Counted from the first letter of the stretch, positions 21,514-31,957 are shown. The stretch: DNA of 64,000 nt from Spirochaetia bacterium (GCA_965203055.1 OZ241863.1:3808001-3872000), one strand, 5' to 3'. Numbers and translations are program-made. Notes: generated by a model from the sequence alone, not told the origin.

Positions 21514-22017
21514 ATGCTGTCCGCCGTGGACACCGCGGACACGGAAATCATCGACGCCAGTTGGTACCGGCGCCCGCCGGGCACGCCGCAACGGCTCACC
21601 GCCGGCGGCCTGGTGTGCTGTCTGCAGGACGAGCGCCTGCTGGTCGCGCTGGCGCGCGAGGGCAATTGGCCGAGCTGCATCATCCCCAAGGGCGGAGTGG
21701 AGCCCGGCGAGGAGCTGGAGGCCGCCGCGCGGCGCGAGATCGCCGAGGAGACCGGGTTCACCCGCCTCACGCTGCTGGGCAAGCTGGGGGTGTTGGAGCG
21801 GCTGACCTTCGACCGCGCCCACTGGACGGTCACCCACCTCTTCGCCTACCTCACCACCGAGCGCACGGCCACGCCGCAGGATCGGGCGGCCCACCCGCGC
21901 CCGGCGCAGTGGTACCGCCCCGGCGCGCTGCCGGCCATGCTGTGGCCCGACCAGCGGCGCCTCATCGAACAGAACCACGCGCTCCTGCGCCGCTGGGCCC
22001 GCCGCGCCACCGACTGA
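21514..22017 (+). CDS. NUDIX hydrolase
   Basis: Nudix box PKGGVEPGEELEAAARREIAEETG. Confidence 0.9.
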   Translation: MLSAVDTADTEIIDASWYRRPPGTPQRLTAGGLVCCLQDERLLVALAREGNWPSCIIPKGGVEPGEELEAAARREIAEETGFTRLTLLGKLGVLERLTFDRAHWTVTHLFAYLTTERTATPQDRAAHPRPAQWYRPGALPAMLWPDQRRLIEQNHALLRRWARRATD

Positions 22018-22633
22018 GGAAGGCGGCGGTCTGGGCGGCCGCCTCGGCGGTGTTCTGCTCCAGGGTGCGGCCGGACATCTTCCGCGGCTTGAAGCCGTGG
22101 TCGCCGTCGGCGATCCAGTGCAGCGTCAGCGAGGGTGAGAGGCGGTAGCCGGCCACTTCGGCGCGGCTGCCGAAGGGGTCGCGCTCGCCCTGCAGGATCA
22201 GGGTGGGGGTACGCAACTCGGCCAAGTGGGCGGTGCGCAGCTTGTCGGGGCGGCCCGCCGGATGAAATGGGTAAGCGAAGCACACCAGGGCGCCCACCCC
22301 GCATTCGTCCGCTACCAGGCTGGCGATGCGCCCGCCCATCGAGCGCCCGCCGATCGCCAGGCTGCCCGCGCCGCCGGCCATGCCGGCCGCCACTTGGGTG
22401 ATCACCGCGCGCCAGGTTTCCTCCAGCACCGGCTGGCGGTCGGGGCCCCCGCCGCGCCCGCTTGCCCGGCGGCGCTCCATGTACGGGAACTCGAAGCGCA
22501 CCACGCGCAGGCCCGCCTGCGCCAGCCCGGCGGCCAGCAGATCCATGGCCGGCGCGTCCATCGGCTGCCCCGCGCCGTGCGCCAGAGCCAGGGTGTGACG
22601 CGCGTCCTCCGGTCCTGTAATCAACAGCTCCAT
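21962..22633 (-). CDS. alpha/beta hydrolase (KANL3/Tex30-like)
   Basis: LAHGAG, GGRSMGGR nucleophile elbow, QGERDPFG, GDHGF. Confidence 0.88.
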   Translation of the reverse strand: MELLITGPEDARHTLALAHGAGQPMDAPAMDLLAAGLAQAGLRVVRFEFPYMERRRASGRGGGPDRQPVLEETWRAVITQVAAGMAGGAGSLAIGGRSMGGRIASLVADECGVGALVCFAYPFHPAGRPDKLRTAHLAELRTPTLILQGERDPFGSRAEVAGYRLSPSLTLHWIADGDHGFKPRKMSGRTLEQNTAEAAAQTAAFLSRWRGGPSGAGARGSVR

Positions 22634-22649
22634 CTGCTCCTCCGTCGGT

Positions 22650-24410
22650 TTACAGCCCGGCGGCGTGCGCGCTGTGGAAGGTGTCGGCGCCGCCGCGCAG
22701 GACGGCGCCAGCGCGCGTAACGGCCACCGGACTGGCGAACGGACTCAGGCCCTCGGTGGCATAGCGCGGATCGATCGCCGCCACGTAGTGCCGGCGCGCG
22801 CGCAGCTCGTCGATCACTTCCTCCGCAATGCGCCCATCCAGCGCGGTCAGCGGCGTGCTGCAGTCCAGCCGCGGCGCGTCGATCGCCTGCTGCGGGCCGA
22901 GCCCGAAGTCGATCATCTTAACCACCAGGCTGGTGACGCAGTTGGTGATGCGGCGCCCGCCGGAGGCCCCCACCGCCAGGCGCGCGCCGCGCTCGTCGAG
23001 CACCAGCAACGGCGACATGTTGTTCAGCGGCAGCTTGCGCGGCGCGATCGAGTTGACGTGCCCCGGCACCGGATCGAACCACATCATGCCGTTGTTGAGG
23101 ATCACGCCGGTGCCGGGCGCGAGCACGCCGGAGCCGAACCCCGCCATCAGCGTGTTGGTCAGCGAGACGGCGTTGCCGGCGGCGTCCAGCACGCACAGGT
23201 GGGTGGTGCCGTCCTGGTAGGCGGGCGCGCTTCCCGGAGGGCGGCGCGGCGCGCGCCGGCCCTCCTCGCGCCACGGATCGCCCGGCTTGAAGCGGCGCGG
23301 GGCCTTGCCGCCCACGGTGTCCCAGCGGCGCGCGGCGTAGGCCGGGGAGGTCAGGCCGCGCCACGGCGCCGCGGCGCTCTCCGGGTCGGCCAGGAAGGCG
23401 AACCGGTCGGCCCAGGCCAGCCGCGCCGCGCAGACGTAGCGGTGCAGAGCCTCCGCGCTGTCGTGGCCGCAGGCCGCCAGGTCGGTGCGGTCCAGCAGTT
23501 GCAGCGTCATGGCGCTGGTGATGCCGCCGCTGGCGAACGGCGCCGCGCGCACCCGCAGGTTGCGGTAGCGCGCCTCCAGCGGCGCGCCGTCCGCGGAGCC
23601 GGCGTGCCAGTGGAACGGCCGGTAGCCCTCCAGGTCGGCGTGGCTCAGCAAGCCGTCGGCGCCCCGCACCGCCTCCACCAGCCGCTTGGCGACCGCGCCG
23701 CGGTAGAAGCCGTCCGCGCCCGCGGCGCCGATCGCCTCCAGGGTGTCGGCCAGGTCGGGCTGGCGGAGCTTGGCCGGCTCGGCCCGCACCGACTCCCCGC
23801 GGCGGTAGCCGGGACCGGGAATCAGTACCCCCGCCGGCAGCTCCCCGGCGGGCAGGAACACGCGCCGCAGCTCCGGGTAGCGGGTCAGCTTGCCGAGCTG
23901 GCCGGCGAACGCCATCAGGTCGTAGAACTCGGGCGCGAACCCGCCGCGCGCCAGTTCCACCGCCGGGGCGACCACCTCCTCCAGGGGCAGCCGTCCCAGG
24001 GCGCGGTGGGCCGCGGTGAGACCCGCTGCCGCGCCCGGCACGGCGATGGAGCGGGCGCCTTCCAGGTTGGCGTCATCCTCCACTCCCGGCCAGCCGAACG
24101 CGCCCACCGCCGGCGCGCCGGTCAGCCGGTACAGGTCCGGGGTAGCCGCCAGCGGCGCGCGCATCGGGAAGCCGAACACGCCGCCCCGCTCCCCCAACTG
24201 GTAAACCAGATAGCCGCCGCCGCCGAGGCCGCTCGCGGCCGGCTCCACCACCCCGACGGCGAACGCCGCGGCCACCGCGGCGTCGATCACGTTGCCGCCG
24301 GCGCGCAGCAGTTCCAGCGCCGCGGCGCTGGCCAGCCGGTGCTTGGTGGCCACCATGGCGCGCTCGCCGCGCGCCTCCCGCTTGCGGCTGGAAAAGACGC
24401 TGCCGCTCAC
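22650..24410 (-). CDS. gamma-glutamyltransferase family protein
   Basis: GGNVIDAAVA, SGLGGGG, nucleophile TTHL, LNNGM, GASGGRRI; start could be 24461. Confidence 0.9.
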   Translation of the reverse strand: MSGSVFSSRKREARGERAMVATKHRLASAAALELLRAGGNVIDAAVAAAFAVGVVEPAASGLGGGGYLVYQLGERGGVFGFPMRAPLAATPDLYRLTGAPAVGAFGWPGVEDDANLEGARSIAVPGAAAGLTAAHRALGRLPLEEVVAPAVELARGGFAPEFYDLMAFAGQLGKLTRYPELRRVFLPAGELPAGVLIPGPGYRRGESVRAEPAKLRQPDLADTLEAIGAAGADGFYRGAVAKRLVEAVRGADGLLSHADLEGYRPFHWHAGSADGAPLEARYRNLRVRAAPFASGGITSAMTLQLLDRTDLAACGHDSAEALHRYVCAARLAWADRFAFLADPESAAAPWRGLTSPAYAARRWDTVGGKAPRRFKPGDPWREEGRRAPRRPPGSAPAYQDGTTHLCVLDAAGNAVSLTNTLMAGFGSGVLAPGTGVILNNGMMWFDPVPGHVNSIAPRKLPLNNMSPLLVLDERGARLAVGASGGRRITNCVTSLVVKMIDFGLGPQQAIDAPRLDCSTPLTALDGRIAEEVIDELRARRHYVAAIDPRYATEGLSPFASPVAVTRAGAVLRGGADTFHSAHAAGL

Positions 24411-24488
24411 TCCGCCGCCCTCGCGCCGCGCCCCGGCCTCGCTCCGCGGCCCCGCGCTCACTCCGCCGCCCTCACTCCGCCGCCGCCG

Positions 24489-24887
24489 TCACTCCGCCGG
24501 GGCGAGGGCGGTCTCGAACTGCCCGGTGGCGAGCAGCACCAGGGTGCAGGCTTCGAGCCAGGGAATGCCGTGCCGGTCCAGGGCGCGCTCCAGCTCCGCC
24601 GACTCGGTGCCGGGGTTGAGAATCACGCGCCGCGGGCGGGAGGCGACGATGGCGTCGATGAGCGGCCCGACGTGGCGCGGTCCGACGTAGAGGGTGAGCG
24701 TGTCCACCCGGCCTCCCACCTCGGCCAGGTTCGCCGCCGCCGGCAGCCCCTCCACCTCGGCGTGCGCCGGGGTGACCGGCACCACCTCGTAGCCGCGCTG
24801 CCGGAGGGCGCGCAACGCGCGGTTGGCGTAACGCTGCGGCTTGCGGCTGGCGCCGAGCACGGCGACCCGATGACCGGTTGCTGCCAT
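24489..24887 (-). CDS. CoA-binding protein (YccU-like)
   Basis: VAVLGASRKPQRYA, ILNPGTES, ACTLVLL. Confidence 0.88.
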   Translation of the reverse strand: MAATGHRVAVLGASRKPQRYANRALRALRQRGYEVVPVTPAHAEVEGLPAAANLAEVGGRVDTLTLYVGPRHVGPLIDAIVASRPRRVILNPGTESAELERALDRHGIPWLEACTLVLLATGQFETALAPAE

Positions 24888-24997
24888 GGCGTCCAGTCTA
24901 CGCCGCGGCGCGCCCGCCGGCAAAGCGCGCAAGCGCCCGCGCCCCGCGCGCGCCCCGCGCGCGGGGCGCGGGTTATACTGCCGGACGGAGGATCAGC

Positions 24998-25474
24998 ATG
25001 GGGACCATAATGACGACTCGATTTGCGCGCCCCGCGCTCATGGCGGCGGTGACGCTCGCGCTCCTGTTGGCCGGCTGCAGGGTAACCGTCCTGCAGGTGG
25101 ACTATGCTCCAACCCAACTGCGAGAACGAACGCTGATCCTCACCAACGACGTGAAGTCGAGAGGCGCGTTGAGCATTCCGGACCTCCTCAAGTATCACTT
25201 CAACAGCCGCGGCCAAGTGCTCGACCGCAACCTCAACCCGGCGACGCGGTGGGACTACGACCGGGAGTCCTACCAGACCGCTACCCTCACCATGACGATC
25301 CCCCGCGCCGGGAACGAACTGGAGCGCACCACCTGCCGGTTGACCTTCCGCAGCCGCGACCGCGGAACCCACCGCTGCACCTTCGAGCTGTCGGACACCG
25401 TTGCGTTTCTCACGATCTCCGCCTCCGGGCGCGCCGAAGGCACGTTCCGCATCGTTCCGCTCGAACCGAACTGA
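24998..25474 (+). CDS. hypothetical lipoprotein
   Basis: GGAGG RBS; lipobox LLLAGC. Confidence 0.7.
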   Translation: MGTIMTTRFARPALMAAVTLALLLAGCRVTVLQVDYAPTQLRERTLILTNDVKSRGALSIPDLLKYHFNSRGQVLDRNLNPATRWDYDRESYQTATLTMTIPRAGNELERTTCRLTFRSRDRGTHRCTFELSDTVAFLTISASGRAEGTFRIVPLEPN

Positions 25475-25584
25475 ACGTTGGGACGCCCGCCCGCGGCGGG
25501 TGGCCGCCGGGGCCGCGCGGGCCGCAGACAGACAGACAGAGCGGCCGGCTTGCCGCCCCGGCGCCGGCCGCGTAGGGTGCGCGG

Positions 25585-27432
25585 GTGATCTCGGAGTTCA
25601 CCGCCGCCGGCGCGGCGCCCGCCGGCCGCCCGTACGATACCCGCTCCCCGTGGCGATGGCTGGCGTCTCATCTCCGGCGCCATCCCCTGCTGCTGGGCGG
25701 CGCGGCGCTGTTCTCGATCGTCGGCTGGGCGCTGTTCGGGCTGGGGCCGGTAATGGTGGGACGGGTGGCGCAGGTGGTGCTCGACGGGCAGGGCGCCGCC
25801 GCCCTGCTCACCGCGGCGCTGCTGGTGCTGGCGGTGCTGATGGGCGATTCGCTCTTCGCGCTGGCCAACAGCCTGTGCGCGGTTACCCTGGGGCACCGGC
25901 TGGAACGCGACGCCCGCGACGAGCTGTACCGCAATCTGCTGGGCAAGAGCCAGACCTTCCACAACCGCCAGCGGGTCGGCGACCTGGTGGCGCGGGCCAC
26001 CGACGACACCCGCCATCTCAATCAGATGATCCACCCCGGCCTGCTGTTCACCTCCGACATGGTGCTGGGGTTCGCGGCGCCGCTGGTGTACATCAGCCTG
26101 CTCGATCCCCGGCTGCTGCTGGTGCCGGCGCTGTACGCGGCGTCGTTCGCGGTGACGGTGCGCGCCTACGTACGCCGCCTCGGGCCGGTGCTGATGGATC
26201 AGCGCATCCAGTACGGCCGCGTGACGGCCACCGCCGAAGAGGCGGTTTCCGGCATCGAGGTGGTCAAGGCCGCGGTGCGCGAGACCTGGGAACGCAAGCG
26301 GTTCCACGCCGCGGCCGGCATCTTCCGCGATCTGTTCGTGCGCCAGGGCAGGATCGAGGCGCTGTACCTGCCGATGCTGCTGTACGGAGCGGCGATTGCC
26401 CTGGCGCTGCTGCACGGCATCGCGCTGCTGCGCGCCGGCCGCCTGGAGCTGAGCCAACTGATCGCGCTGGTCGGGCTGATGAACCTGCTGCGCATTCCGA
26501 CCTTCATGTCGGCGTTCACCTTCTCCATGGTGCAGAACGGAATCGCCGGGGCGCGCCGGATTCTGCACGTCCTCGCCGCCGCCACCGAGCTGGACCAGAA
26601 CGCCGGCGGGCACCGGGCCGCGGTGCGCGGCGCCATTGCCTTCGAAGGGGTCAGCTTCGGCTATCGCCCCAACCAGCGGGTGCTGGCCGACCTGGAGGTG
26701 CGCATCGCCGCCGGCGAGACGGTCGCCATCGTCGGCCAGACCGGCTCCGGCAAGACCACGCTCACCCAGTTGGTGAACCGCACCTACGATCCCGGCGCCG
26801 GGCGCATTACCATCGACGGCGTCGACCTGCGGGAGTGGAACCTGACCAGCCTGCGCTCGCAAGTGGCGAACATCGAACAGGACGTGTTCCTGTTCTCCCG
26901 CACCGTGGCCGAGAACATCGCCTTCGCCCGGCCCGGCGCCAGCCGCGCGGAGATCGAGGCCGCGGCCCGCGCCGCCGCCGCCCACGACTTCATCGACGCG
27001 TTCCGGGACGGCTACGACACCGCCATCGGCGAACGCGGCGTAACCCTCTCCGGCGGCCAGCGCCAGCGGCTGGCCCTGGCGCGCGCCTTCCTCAAGGACC
27101 CGCGCATCCTGATCCTCGACGACTCCACCAGCGCCATCGACAGCGCCACCGAGGATGAGATCCAGCGCGCCCTGCGCACCGTGCAGCAGGGCCGCACCAC
27201 GCTGATCATTACCCACCGCCTGTCGCAGATCCGCTGGGCCGACCGCATCCTGGTACTGGCCGGCGGGCGGCTGGCGGCGGCCGGCAGCCACGACGAGCTG
27301 CTGGCCTCATCGACGGTCTACCGGCGCATCTTCAGCCACTACGACCTCGCCCTGCCGCCGCTGCGCGCTCCGCTCCGAGCCGCGGCCAGCAACGGCGCCG
27401 CGGCCGCCGCGCCCGCCGGGGAGCAGCGCTAG
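25585..27432 (+). CDS. ABC exporter, fused permease/ATPase (heterodimer subunit 1)
   Basis: GQTGSGKT, LSGGQRQR, ILDDSTS (degenerate Walker B). Confidence 0.92.
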   Translation: MISEFTAAGAAPAGRPYDTRSPWRWLASHLRRHPLLLGGAALFSIVGWALFGLGPVMVGRVAQVVLDGQGAAALLTAALLVLAVLMGDSLFALANSLCAVTLGHRLERDARDELYRNLLGKSQTFHNRQRVGDLVARATDDTRHLNQMIHPGLLFTSDMVLGFAAPLVYISLLDPRLLLVPALYAASFAVTVRAYVRRLGPVLMDQRIQYGRVTATAEEAVSGIEVVKAAVRETWERKRFHAAAGIFRDLFVRQGRIEALYLPMLLYGAAIALALLHGIALLRAGRLELSQLIALVGLMNLLRIPTFMSAFTFSMVQNGIAGARRILHVLAAATELDQNAGGHRAAVRGAIAFEGVSFGYRPNQRVLADLEVRIAAGETVAIVGQTGSGKTTLTQLVNRTYDPGAGRITIDGVDLREWNLTSLRSQVANIEQDVFLFSRTVAENIAFARPGASRAEIEAAARAAAAHDFIDAFRDGYDTAIGERGVTLSGGQRQRLALARAFLKDPRILILDDSTSAIDSATEDEIQRALRTVQQGRTTLIITHRLSQIRWADRILVLAGGRLAAAGSHDELLASSTVYRRIFSHYDLALPPLRAPLRAAASNGAAAAAPAGEQR

Positions 27433-29255
27433 TGGGCTTCATCATGGACGGCATCGGCGCCGAGGATTACGACCGCACCTACGGCGACCGCGAGCTGGTG
27501 CGGCGCATCCTCTCCTACTTCCGGGCCGAGGGCCGGCGCATGCTGATCGTGTCGCTGGCGGTAGCCGCCGCCGCGGTGCTCACCACGGCGCTGCCGGTGG
27601 TGATGTCGCGCGCCATCGATCTGGTAGCGGGCCCCGGCGCCGCCCCCGGCACCATCGCCGCCATCGTGGTCGCCGTCGCGCTGTTGAACGCGGGAAGCTG
27701 GGGGCTGAACGCGGTGCGCCGCCTGCTCGGCGCCCGCGCCATCGGCAACGTCGTGCTGCGCATGCGCGCCGCCGCCTTCGACGCGCTGATGCGCCACGAT
27801 CTGTCGTTCTACGACCGGTATCCCACCGGCAGCATCGTGAGCCGGGTGGCCGCCGACACCCAGGCGTTCTCCGAGGTGGTGGCGCTCACCATGGAAGTGG
27901 CGAGCCAGGTCACCATGGTGCTGCTGGTCTTCGGCTACCTGTTCACCGTCGATCCGGTGCTGACGCTGATCACGCTGGCGCTGGTACCGGTGGTGATCGG
28001 CGCGGCGCTCGGCTTCCGGCGCCTGGCGCGCGACGTGGTCACCCAGGCGCGGCGCGCGGTGGCCGAGGTCAGCGCCCACGTGCACGAGACGGTGAGCGGC
28101 ATCAACATCGCCAAGTCGTTCCGCAAGGAACAGGTCCTGTACGAGCAGTTCACCACCGTCAACCGGCGCTCGTTCCGCCTGAGCTGGCGTTCCGGCGTGG
28201 TGTTCTCGAGCATCTTCCCGGTGCTGTTCACGCTGGCCGGGCTGGGCACCGCGATCCTGGCCTACAGCGGCGGCCTGCGCGCGGCGAGCGGCGGGCTGAC
28301 CATCGGCGGCTGGTACCTGTTCCTGCAGGGGGTCGGGCTGCTGTGGTTCCCACTCACCTCCATCGCCTCGTTCTGGAGCCAGTTTCAACTCGGCCTGGCG
28401 GCCGGGGAACGGGTGTTCGCGCTGATCGACGCCGAGCCGCAGGTGACGCAGACCGCGGCGCAGCCGGTGGCGGCGCTGACCGGCGCCATCGAGCTGCGCA
28501 ACGTCACCTTCCACTACAAGGAAGGGGAGCGGGTGTTCGACGACTTCTCGCTCACCGTCCACCCCGGTGAGACCCTGGCGCTGGTGGGCCACACCGGCTC
28601 CGGCAAGTCGAGCATCACCAAGCTGGTGGCGCGGTTCTACGAGTATCAGGGCGGTCGCATCCTGATCGATGGGCGCGACGTGCGCACCCTCGACCTGGCC
28701 GGTTTCCGCTCCCGCCTCGGCTTCGTCACCCAGACGCCGTTCCTGTTCAACGGCACCGTCATGGACAACATCCGCTACGGGCGCAGCGACGCCGGCGACG
28801 CCGAGGTGGCGGCGGCCGCGCGGCGGGTCGGCGCCGGCGACTGGATCGCAACCCTGCCGGACGGCCTGACCACCGAGGTGGCCGAGCGCGGCCGCAACCT
28901 GTCGCTGGGCCAGCGCCAGCTCATCGCGCTGGCGCGGGTGCTGTTGCAGGACCCCGCGGTGATCATGCTCGACGAGGCCACCGCGAGCGTCGATCCGCTC
29001 ACCGAAGCGCTGATTCAGGAGGGCCTGGACGAGCTGCTGCGCGCCCGTACCGCGATCGTCATCGCGCACCGGCTGTCCACCGTCCGGCAGGCCGACCGCA
29101 TCGTGGTGCTGCGCGCCGGGCGCATCATCGAACAGGGCTCCCATGACGGCCTGCTGCAGGCGGGCGGCCACTACGCGGAGCTGTACAACACCTACTTCCG
29201 CCACCAGAGCCTGGAATACGTGCAGGCCGCCGGAGAGCTGCCGCCTCACCGGTGA
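27432..29255 (+). CDS. ABC exporter, fused permease/ATPase (heterodimer subunit 2)
   Basis: GHTGSGKS, LSLGQRQL, LDEATASVD. Confidence 0.92.
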   Translation: MGFIMDGIGAEDYDRTYGDRELVRRILSYFRAEGRRMLIVSLAVAAAAVLTTALPVVMSRAIDLVAGPGAAPGTIAAIVVAVALLNAGSWGLNAVRRLLGARAIGNVVLRMRAAAFDALMRHDLSFYDRYPTGSIVSRVAADTQAFSEVVALTMEVASQVTMVLLVFGYLFTVDPVLTLITLALVPVVIGAALGFRRLARDVVTQARRAVAEVSAHVHETVSGINIAKSFRKEQVLYEQFTTVNRRSFRLSWRSGVVFSSIFPVLFTLAGLGTAILAYSGGLRAASGGLTIGGWYLFLQGVGLLWFPLTSIASFWSQFQLGLAAGERVFALIDAEPQVTQTAAQPVAALTGAIELRNVTFHYKEGERVFDDFSLTVHPGETLALVGHTGSGKSSITKLVARFYEYQGGRILIDGRDVRTLDLAGFRSRLGFVTQTPFLFNGTVMDNIRYGRSDAGDAEVAAAARRVGAGDWIATLPDGLTTEVAERGRNLSLGQRQLIALARVLLQDPAVIMLDEATASVDPLTEALIQEGLDELLRARTAIVIAHRLSTVRQADRIVVLRAGRIIEQGSHDGLLQAGGHYAELYNTYFRHQSLEYVQAAGELPPHR

Positions 29256-29264
29256 TGCGCGCGC

Positions 29265-29324
29265 GGCCAAAATAGCCCTGTATTTCAGCCACTCATTGGC
29301 TAAAATAGCCCTTGATTTCAGCCA
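29265..29324. promoter_or_regulatory. two tandem palindromic operator-like repeats
   Basis: GGCCAAAATAGCCCTGTATTTCAGCCA and GGCTAAAATAGCCCTTGATTTCAGCCA, 33 bp period; each is an imperfect inverted repeat. Confidence 0.6.
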
Positions 29325-29369
29325 TCAGGCCCGGTATGGTGAAGGGCATCGCGACCTGGGAGGCTACTT

Positions 29370-30758
29370 GTGCGGCGACTGGCGGACGGCGTTCTGGACA
29401 CCTGGGCGCAGGAGGATGGCCGCCGTCCCCTGCTGATTCGCGGCGCCCGGCAGGTCGGCAAGACGTACGCGGTTACGACGCTTGCCGAACGGAGATTCTC
29501 CGACTTCGCGGAACTCAATCTGGAGCAGGAGCCGCGCTACCGGCGTTGCTTCGACACGCTGCAGCCGCGGGCGATCCTGGACCAGGTGGGCGTGCTGCGG
29601 GGAAAGCCGGTCGAGCCGGGCCGCACCCTGCTCTTCCTCGACGAAATTCAGGAGTGCCCGGCCGCCATCATGGCGCTGCGCTACTTCTACGAGCAGCTGC
29701 CCGATCTGCACGTGATCGGAGCCGGATCGTTGCTGGAGTTCGCCCTGGAGGCGGAGCGGCTGCGGATGCCGGTCGGGCGGGTCCAGCCGCTGTTCATGCA
29801 CCCGCTGTCGTTCGCGGAGTTCCTGACGGCGTCCGAAGAGGAACCCGCGCTGCATGCTTCGAGGAGGATGGCCGGCGCGAGCGCCGCGGTGCACGACCAC
29901 CTGCTGGCCGTGCTGCGAACCTACCTGCTGCTTGGCGGCATGCCGGCCGTGGTGGCCGAGTACCGCAGGACCGGCAGCGTGATGCGGGCGGCGCGGGTTC
30001 AGACCGCCATCACCCAGACGTTTCGCGACGACTTCGGCAAGTATGCGCGAGTCTCCCGCCATCCGCACCTGGATCGGGTGTTCCTGCACGCCGCGCGGCT
30101 GGTCGGGAGCAAGTTCGTGTACTCCAAGGTCGACCCGGACAGCCGGGCGCGCGAGTTGCGCGCGGCGGTGGAACTGTTGGAGCGGGCCGGACTGGTGCAC
30201 CGGGTGCGCTCCGCCTCGGGCGCCGGCCTGCCGTTGGGAGCGGAGGCGGACGACCGCCACTACAAGCTGGTCATGCTCGACGTCGGTCTGATGCAGAATC
30301 TGAGCGGCGCCACCGAGCAGCTCCTGGACGGCGACCCGATGCGGATCGACGGCGGAGCGGTTGCCGAGCAGTTCGCCGGCCAGGAGCTGCTGGCCCACCG
30401 CAGTCCGTACGAGCGGCCGGAGCTGTTCTACTGGCACCGGAGGCAGCGGAACAGCAGCGCCGAGGTCGACTATCTGGTGGCGGCGCGCGGCCGGGTGGTG
30501 CCGGTGGAGGTCAAGGCGGGCAAGACCGGGCGGCTGCGGAGCCTGGCCGTGTTCGCGGAGCAGTATCGGCCGCCGCTGGCGGTGCGCGTCTATGGGGACC
30601 GCTTCCGCCGCGACGGCGACGTCGTGTCGGTGCCACTCTACGGTCTGGAGCGCCTGCGCCCGTTCCTGGCTCAGGCAATCGCCGCGGAGGGGGCGGGCCA
30701 CCCGCGGCGCGCCGGGCCGAATCGCCTGCCGCCGGATGCCGTAGTTTCGGGACCTTGA
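29370..30758 (+). CDS. AAA+ ATPase with DUF4143 domain
   Basis: RGARQVGKT, LFLDEIQ, AGSLL, GGMP, EVDYL..PVEVKAG. Confidence 0.92.
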   Translation: MRRLADGVLDTWAQEDGRRPLLIRGARQVGKTYAVTTLAERRFSDFAELNLEQEPRYRRCFDTLQPRAILDQVGVLRGKPVEPGRTLLFLDEIQECPAAIMALRYFYEQLPDLHVIGAGSLLEFALEAERLRMPVGRVQPLFMHPLSFAEFLTASEEEPALHASRRMAGASAAVHDHLLAVLRTYLLLGGMPAVVAEYRRTGSVMRAARVQTAITQTFRDDFGKYARVSRHPHLDRVFLHAARLVGSKFVYSKVDPDSRARELRAAVELLERAGLVHRVRSASGAGLPLGAEADDRHYKLVMLDVGLMQNLSGATEQLLDGDPMRIDGGAVAEQFAGQELLAHRSPYERPELFYWHRRQRNSSAEVDYLVAARGRVVPVEVKAGKTGRLRSLAVFAEQYRPPLAVRVYGDRFRRDGDVVSVPLYGLERLRPFLAQAIAAEGAGHPRRAGPNRLPPDAVVSGP

Positions 30759-30796
30759 TCCGGGTTAGCCTTGCAAATCAGGAGTTAGCTCCCGTT

Positions 30797-31957
30797 ATGC
30801 CGGCTACCGACCGAGTGCTCGACATCGACCTGCCGCCGCGCCAGTCGGCATTCCTGTGGGGCGCCCGCAAGACCGGCAAGTCGACCTACCTGCGCCGGCG
30901 GTTCCCTGACAGCCTGAGCTTCGATCTGCTCGACTCCGATCTGCTCATCGATCTGCTCCGGCGACCGGCGCTGCTGCGCGAGCGGCTGCTGGCCCGGCCC
31001 GCGCATCTGCTGGCCAAGCCGGTGATCATCGACGAGGTGCAGAAGGCGCCGCAGCTCCTGGATGAGGTCCACCGGCTCATCGAGGAGCGCGGGCTGCGGT
31101 TCATCCTGTGCGGTTCGAGCGCGCGCAAGCTGAAGCGCGGCCGGGCCAACCTGCTCGGCGGCCGCGCCTGGCGCTACGAGATGTTCCCGTTCGTCACCGC
31201 GGAGCTGGATGGCGTGGACCTGCTGCGGGTGTTGAACCGCGGCATGATCCCCTCCCACTACCTGGCCGGCGGCTACCGCAAGTCGCTCGCCGCGTACCTG
31301 CGCGACTACCTGGCGGAGGAGGTCTTCGCCGAAGGCTTGACGCGCAACGTGGGCGCCTTCGCGCGCTTCTTCGAGGCGGTCGGCTACTCGCACGGCCAGC
31401 TCACCAACTACGCGAACATCGCGCGCGACTGCGGGGTCGACGCCAAGACGGTCCGCGAGTACTACCAGATCCTCTGCGACACGCTCCTGGGGAGGATGGT
31501 GCTGCCGTACCGCAAGCGCCAGGACCGGCGCGTGCTGTCGCGCACCCCGAAGTTCTATCTGTTCGACGTCGGCGTCGCCGGCGCCCTGGTCAAGCGCCGC
31601 ATCGCCGAGCCGCGCGGCGAGCAGTTCGGACACGCACTGGAGCACTTCATCCTGATGGAGCTGGCGGCGCACGCCGCGTACCGCGAGCTGCACTACGACA
31701 TCCACTATTGGCGCACCGGTTCCGGGCTGGAGGTGGACTTCATCCTGGGCGCCGGCGAGGTGGCGGTCGAGGTGAAGGGTTCGGCGCACGTCCGCGACCG
31801 GGAGCTGCGTCCGTTGCGCGCCTTCGTGGAGGAGCATCGGCCGCGGGCCGCGCTGGTGGTGAGCACCGAACCTGCCGAGCGCGCCGTCGGCGGCATCGGC
31901 ATCGTGCCGTGGAAGAGCTTCCTGAGCCGCCTCTGGGGCGGCGAGATCATCGCCTGA
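30797..31957 (+). CDS. AAA+ ATPase with DUF4143 domain (second, divergent)
   Basis: WGARKTGKST, IIDEVQK, CGSSARKL, KFYLFDVG, EVDFI..VEVKG. Confidence 0.92.
   Translation: MPATDRVLDIDLPPRQSAFLWGARKTGKSTYLRRRFPDSLSFDLLDSDLLIDLLRRPALLRERLLARPAHLLAKPVIIDEVQKAPQLLDEVHRLIEERGLRFILCGSSARKLKRGRANLLGGRAWRYEMFPFVTAELDGVDLLRVLNRGMIPSHYLAGGYRKSLAAYLRDYLAEEVFAEGLTRNVGAFARFFEAVGYSHGQLTNYANIARDCGVDAKTVREYYQILCDTLLGRMVLPYRKRQDRRVLSRTPKFYLFDVGVAGALVKRRIAEPRGEQFGHALEHFILMELAAHAAYRELHYDIHYWRTGSGLEVDFILGAGEVAVEVKGSAHVRDRELRPLRAFVEEHRPRAALVVSTEPAERAVGGIGIVPWKSFLSRLWGGEIIA

Noticed and set aside
25585..29255. Exporter for the RiPP
   Set aside because: No C39 peptidase domain and about 19 kb away; looks like an ordinary heterodimeric ABC exporter.
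29312..30796. Apparent N-terminal extension making an 881 aa AAA protein
   Set aside because: Off-frame overlap with the 29370-30758 gene; the recognisable protein starts at 30797.
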